A DNA stretch of 54,311 nt, from positions 1 through 54,311 of the forward strand of contig SHMU01000004.1 of the NCBI GenBank assembly GCA_008080765.1. The letters run 5' to 3'. The position numbers were made by a program, and so were the translations under genes. Under the pieces are notes generated by a model, which was not told the DNA's origin, did not search any database, and saw only the letters and a list, made by a program, of their open reading frames with translations. Shown piece after piece: positions 50,956 to 54,311 of the stretch; position 1 is the stretch's first letter; each line of letters starts with the position of its first letter. This DNA is from Promethearchaeota archaeon (lineage in GTDB: Archaea > Asgardarchaeota > Lokiarchaeia > Sigyniarchaeales > SOKP01).

Positions 50956-51471
50956 ATGCCCTTAAAAAACACATACAAGGTAATAGTTAGCGGAGATGGA
51001 GGAGTGGGCAAGACCACTCTCATTAATCAACTGGTTAATAAAAATCAGGAGGTCAAAATGACTCCGGGACTTAATTTAGAAAATTTAGAACTAAAATTGG
51101 AAAATGATATTAAGGTGGATTTAATTCTTTGGGACCTGGGGGGGCAGCCCCAATTCAGAGATTTTCAAGATAGATTTTACGGAGATGCAATAATTGTTTT
51201 ATTGGTTTTTGATTTGACTCGATATACTTCATTTCAAAATATTGAAAATGAATGGATTCCGATGATTTTAAAAGATAAAGATTTACATGATTGTGCAAAG
51301 ATTCTTATCGGTAATAAAGTAGATTTAGAACAAAAAATAAAGGAAGAATACATACAAACCTTCAAAAAGAAGCACAATCTCCCTTACCTCACAACTTCTG
51401 CCAAGGAGGCAATAAATATAGATCATTTAAAAAATCTTCTCTGTAAAATGATAAGTTCTTGCAAAGAATGA
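50956..51471 (+). CDS. Ras-superfamily (Rab-like) small GTPase
   Basis: GDGGVGKT, WDLGGQ, NKVD, SAK; GGAG SD-like motif upstream. Confidence 0.93.
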   Translation: MPLKNTYKVIVSGDGGVGKTTLINQLVNKNQEVKMTPGLNLENLELKLENDIKVDLILWDLGGQPQFRDFQDRFYGDAIIVLLVFDLTRYTSFQNIENEWIPMILKDKDLHDCAKILIGNKVDLEQKIKEEYIQTFKKKHNLPYLTTSAKEAINIDHLKNLLCKMISSCKE

Positions 51472-51509
51472 ATATTGAGAAAAAAGTAGATAGTTAAAAC
51501 GTAAATGGT

Positions 51510-52181
51510 TCAAGATTCTTGTAAACTGAGAAATACTGTACTTCCACTCATAACATATTCTAAAACAATATTTATGTTTCTATCTGCATGGTTTGAAATG
51601 GCATCAAGAATTCCTTGTGCAATACCTACCATAAATTGTGGTGAAATCGATTCTCGAATAACAATGGTTTTTTCTTCGGAGTCTATATTTTCTATCTTCA
51701 CGAGGTTTTTGTAAATTGGTCCTATTTCATTTTTTAGGACTAAAAGAGGATCCACTTTAAACGTAGCGCCCAACTTAATTATCGGTTCCCTTTTCTTATT
51801 CCAAAGATAAGTTCCAATGTATCTTCCTGCAAGAAATAAGCTTTCGGGTTCCTTTATTTCTGTTATTAAAATCGAAAGGAATGAAAAAAACTCTTTAGAA
51901 GGATCTCGTCGTTCTTTTATCGCTTCTACTTTTTTGTGTAATTGATCTTCGTTAAGAGAGGGATTTACAATGAGAGAAGATTCATCATCTTTTACTAATA
52001 CAATTCTTTCTACACTCCTCACCGCATAATTCTTGTCAACATAGACCGTTATAAAATGATCTTTATGAGAGATAAGAGTGGGAACGACGCTTAATTTATC
52101 AAGTTCCTCTTCAAAACTTTTAGATTCAATATCATAGGAAATTTTCTCTCCACATGTACATTTAAAAGTGATTGTTGGCAT
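51510..52181 (-). CDS. Hypothetical protein: zinc-finger-like N-terminus plus V4R-like domain
   Basis: CTCG...HKDHFITVYVDKNYAVRSVE; LFLAGRYIG and FMVGIAQGIL helices. Confidence 0.7.
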   Translation of the reverse strand: MPTITFKCTCGEKISYDIESKSFEEELDKLSVVPTLISHKDHFITVYVDKNYAVRSVERIVLVKDDESSLIVNPSLNEDQLHKKVEAIKERRDPSKEFFSFLSILITEIKEPESLFLAGRYIGTYLWNKKREPIIKLGATFKVDPLLVLKNEIGPIYKNLVKIENIDSEEKTIVIRESISPQFMVGIAQGILDAISNHADRNINIVLEYVMSGSTVFLSLQES

Positions 52182-52271
52182 TGAAGTCCTACTCTTTCAA
52201 TTATTAATATCCTTAATAAGTATTATTATTAATAAGAGTTTTTATTGATTTTTTTTATAAAAAAAATGAGA

Positions 52272-53528
52272 TTAAAAAAATTGGGCTATATTCAAAAACA
52301 ATAGAAATCCGGTGAGGAATATTGCCAGTGGAAAAACAAAGTAAGGGATATTAGTCTTAAATGGTCTCTCAAGAATAGGCATTTTTATTCGCAAATACAG
52401 AGCAACAATTCCCGCAGGAAGCATTGCAGAAATAAGCACAAGCCCGATACCAATAGAAGAAAAGATACTAACTATAAATCCACCGCTTACAGGAAGTAGC
52501 ACTGTCATAATTAGGCCGATAATAGATGATAATGAAATTGTTATGATAATATTATTTGTATAAATTCCATTTCTGGCTTTTTTAAATATAGTTGGAATAC
52601 TCTCATCACGAGCCATCACGCGTAATTGATGAATACAAGTTGCTAAGACCGCATAACAAGTACCTGCTGCTGAAAATGCGGCAAAGAAAGAAAGTATCTG
52701 AGAGGGAATACCAGTAGTTAGTGCTATCGCTTCAAAAGCATTGGCGTTTCCCAAATTATTTATTCCTACTATTCCTGATGCTCCAAGTGAAACTAGAACA
52801 TAGATTCCAATAATAAGTCCTAAAGATATTAAGACACCATAAGAGACTTTTACATTTCCCTTGAAATATTTGTCCTCTTTATCTACCTCTTCGGCAAAAA
52901 TTAACATAACCTCGAATCCTAACAATGACCACAGAGAAAGTTGTTGGGCTTCACGAAATCCCGAAAAATTTAACTCGTGTAAGGAGTAATTTGCAGGATT
53001 GATATTGAGTAGCATCATTATTGATACAATAACTAGAAAAACAATTTTTAGTACCACCCATCCAAAAGTTATGAAGCCCATTGCTCGAAGTGACGATATC
53101 CCCGCAAATATACCAAACACAAATAAATAAATGAGAGTAAGTAAGATTAAAAGGAGTTGTGAATTTGATTGAAATATTCCGAGAGTAAAATTCGCCGTTA
53201 AAAATGCTAACAATGCAGAAATGAACAAATATCCGATAAAATAAACGATTCCAACTGCTTTACCCCATTTTTTGTTAAAAGCACCACCTACATAAGAATA
53301 GGGACCTCCACTTTTAGGGAACATACTCACACATTCAGCATATGCTAATCCAACAGCTAAGAATAGCAGCCAACTTAAAATTACCGCCAAGATTGACATT
53401 ATACCCGCACTATTTGCCCATTGCAGAGGATCTCTCCATATACCCGAACCAATGACAGTCGTTAACCCGATTCCTATTATTCCTAAAAAGGTAATTGTAT
53501 TTTTCTTTTTAGAATTCTCTTTAGACAT
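52272..53528 (-). CDS. APC-family amino acid permease
   Basis: VIGSGIW, YAECVSMFPKSGGPYSY, GFE, MARD, RPFK; 12 TM. Confidence 0.9.
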   Translation of the reverse strand: MSKENSKKKNTITFLGIIGIGLTTVIGSGIWRDPLQWANSAGIMSILAVILSWLLFLAVGLAYAECVSMFPKSGGPYSYVGGAFNKKWGKAVGIVYFIGYLFISALLAFLTANFTLGIFQSNSQLLLILLTLIYLFVFGIFAGISSLRAMGFITFGWVVLKIVFLVIVSIMMLLNINPANYSLHELNFSGFREAQQLSLWSLLGFEVMLIFAEEVDKEDKYFKGNVKVSYGVLISLGLIIGIYVLVSLGASGIVGINNLGNANAFEAIALTTGIPSQILSFFAAFSAAGTCYAVLATCIHQLRVMARDESIPTIFKKARNGIYTNNIIITISLSSIIGLIMTVLLPVSGGFIVSIFSSIGIGLVLISAMLPAGIVALYLRIKMPILERPFKTNIPYFVFPLAIFLTGFLLFLNIAQFF

Positions 53529-53693
53529 AGTGATTATATTGGATTCTATTCTATTTAAAATTAATTTTTAGTTTGAGAATTTAAATAATAGAGATGGATT
53601 ATTTTGCTTCTTAAAATAATGAAATATTAAAAAATCGAGGAGATTCATAAATAATTTTAAATAAAAAATTTGAAAAAAAGGGAAAAAAAAATC

Positions 53694-53921
53694 TTACACA
53701 TTAACGACGGATTTTACCTCGGGTACGAATTGCTTTATAGCACGTTCTATCCCGAATTTAAGGGTTTGCTGAGCATGCATACAACCCGCACAATGTCCTT
53801 GGAGCTGTACTTTTACAATACCATCATCCGTTATCTCAATAAGTTTAACATCCCCCCCGTCCATCTGTAATTGGGGACGTATCTTATCGATTACTTCCTT
53901 TACTTTCTCTTTATCAACCAT
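53694..53921 (-). CDS. NifU C-terminal (Nfu) domain Fe-S carrier protein
   Basis: IRPQLQMDGGDV, LQGHCAGC, TLKFGIE. Confidence 0.93.
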   Translation of the reverse strand: MVDKEKVKEVIDKIRPQLQMDGGDVKLIEITDDGIVKVQLQGHCAGCMHAQQTLKFGIERAIKQFVPEVKSVVNV

Positions 53922-54311
53922 TTTCAGTCAACTTTTCAAGTTTATTATTTTAATATAGCAATTCTTTTCTTTAATTTGTTTGTTTTATAAGATATGGAAT
54001 TATCATTCAAAATCTAATTATTTTTAGGAAATCTGATGAATTAATTAATAAAAAATAAATTCAACAAAAAATAAATTATAAGTATTATTGAATGGTTTCT
54101 GAATGCTTGTATCAATTTTTTTGGAGTATATGGACCGATATTAATATGAGAAATCATCTAAGTCTTTTGTAAATATTATACATTTTTATATACCTTTTTT
54201 TCTCCAAAATATCTAATATCTTAGCTCTATTTTTTGGGGTATCAACGACAAAAAATCACTAGTAAACAAAAACAAAAAAATCTTTTGCTTCGCCTCCAGT
54301 TATGAATCGCC

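Noticed and set aside
54286-54311. GC-richer sequence at the window edge (GCTTCGCCTCCAGTTATGAATCGCC)
   Set aside because: Too short to tell an RNA gene from a mobile-element end or a CDS; needs flanking sequence
1-54311. tRNA, rRNA, CRISPR-Cas or prophage genes
   Set aside because: None recognised by eye in this window

Overview
AT-rich archaeal chromosomal fragment, most likely from an Asgard archaeon (Lokiarchaeia-like). This is inferred from the archaeal uL16/L10e gene, TATA-type promoters, a Rab-like small GTPase, an LRR protein and a giant surface protein with an IPGY-TM-basic tail. Housekeeping and metabolic genes include dnaJ, dnaK, a divergent grpE, an ABC exporter, a B12 acyl-CoA mutase operon with isobutyryl-CoA mutase signature residues, a radical SAM enzyme, an APC permease and a NifU-domain protein. 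The main result is a ~20 kb locus (21.3-41.3 kb). It carries two paralogous genes with CD36/SR-B/LIMP-2 scavenger-receptor motifs, a 2713-aa surface protein with 21 cadherin/Ig-like repeats, two tandem wHTH-V4R-like regulators and a catalytically degenerate long-chain acyl-CoA synthetase. The two CD36-like genes and the giant gene share a palindromic operator-like motif next to their TATA boxes. I infer a co-regulated lipid capture/uptake system. Other observations: an IS200-like element truncating an NTPase gene, a decayed IS110 with a structured bridge-RNA-like non-coding end, apparent ATA/ATT start codons (including in rpl10e), a CorA-like/2TM/Nudix fusion, a possible nuclease toxin-LRR island and several perfect tandem repeats. 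All family calls come from reading motifs by eye; no searches were run.
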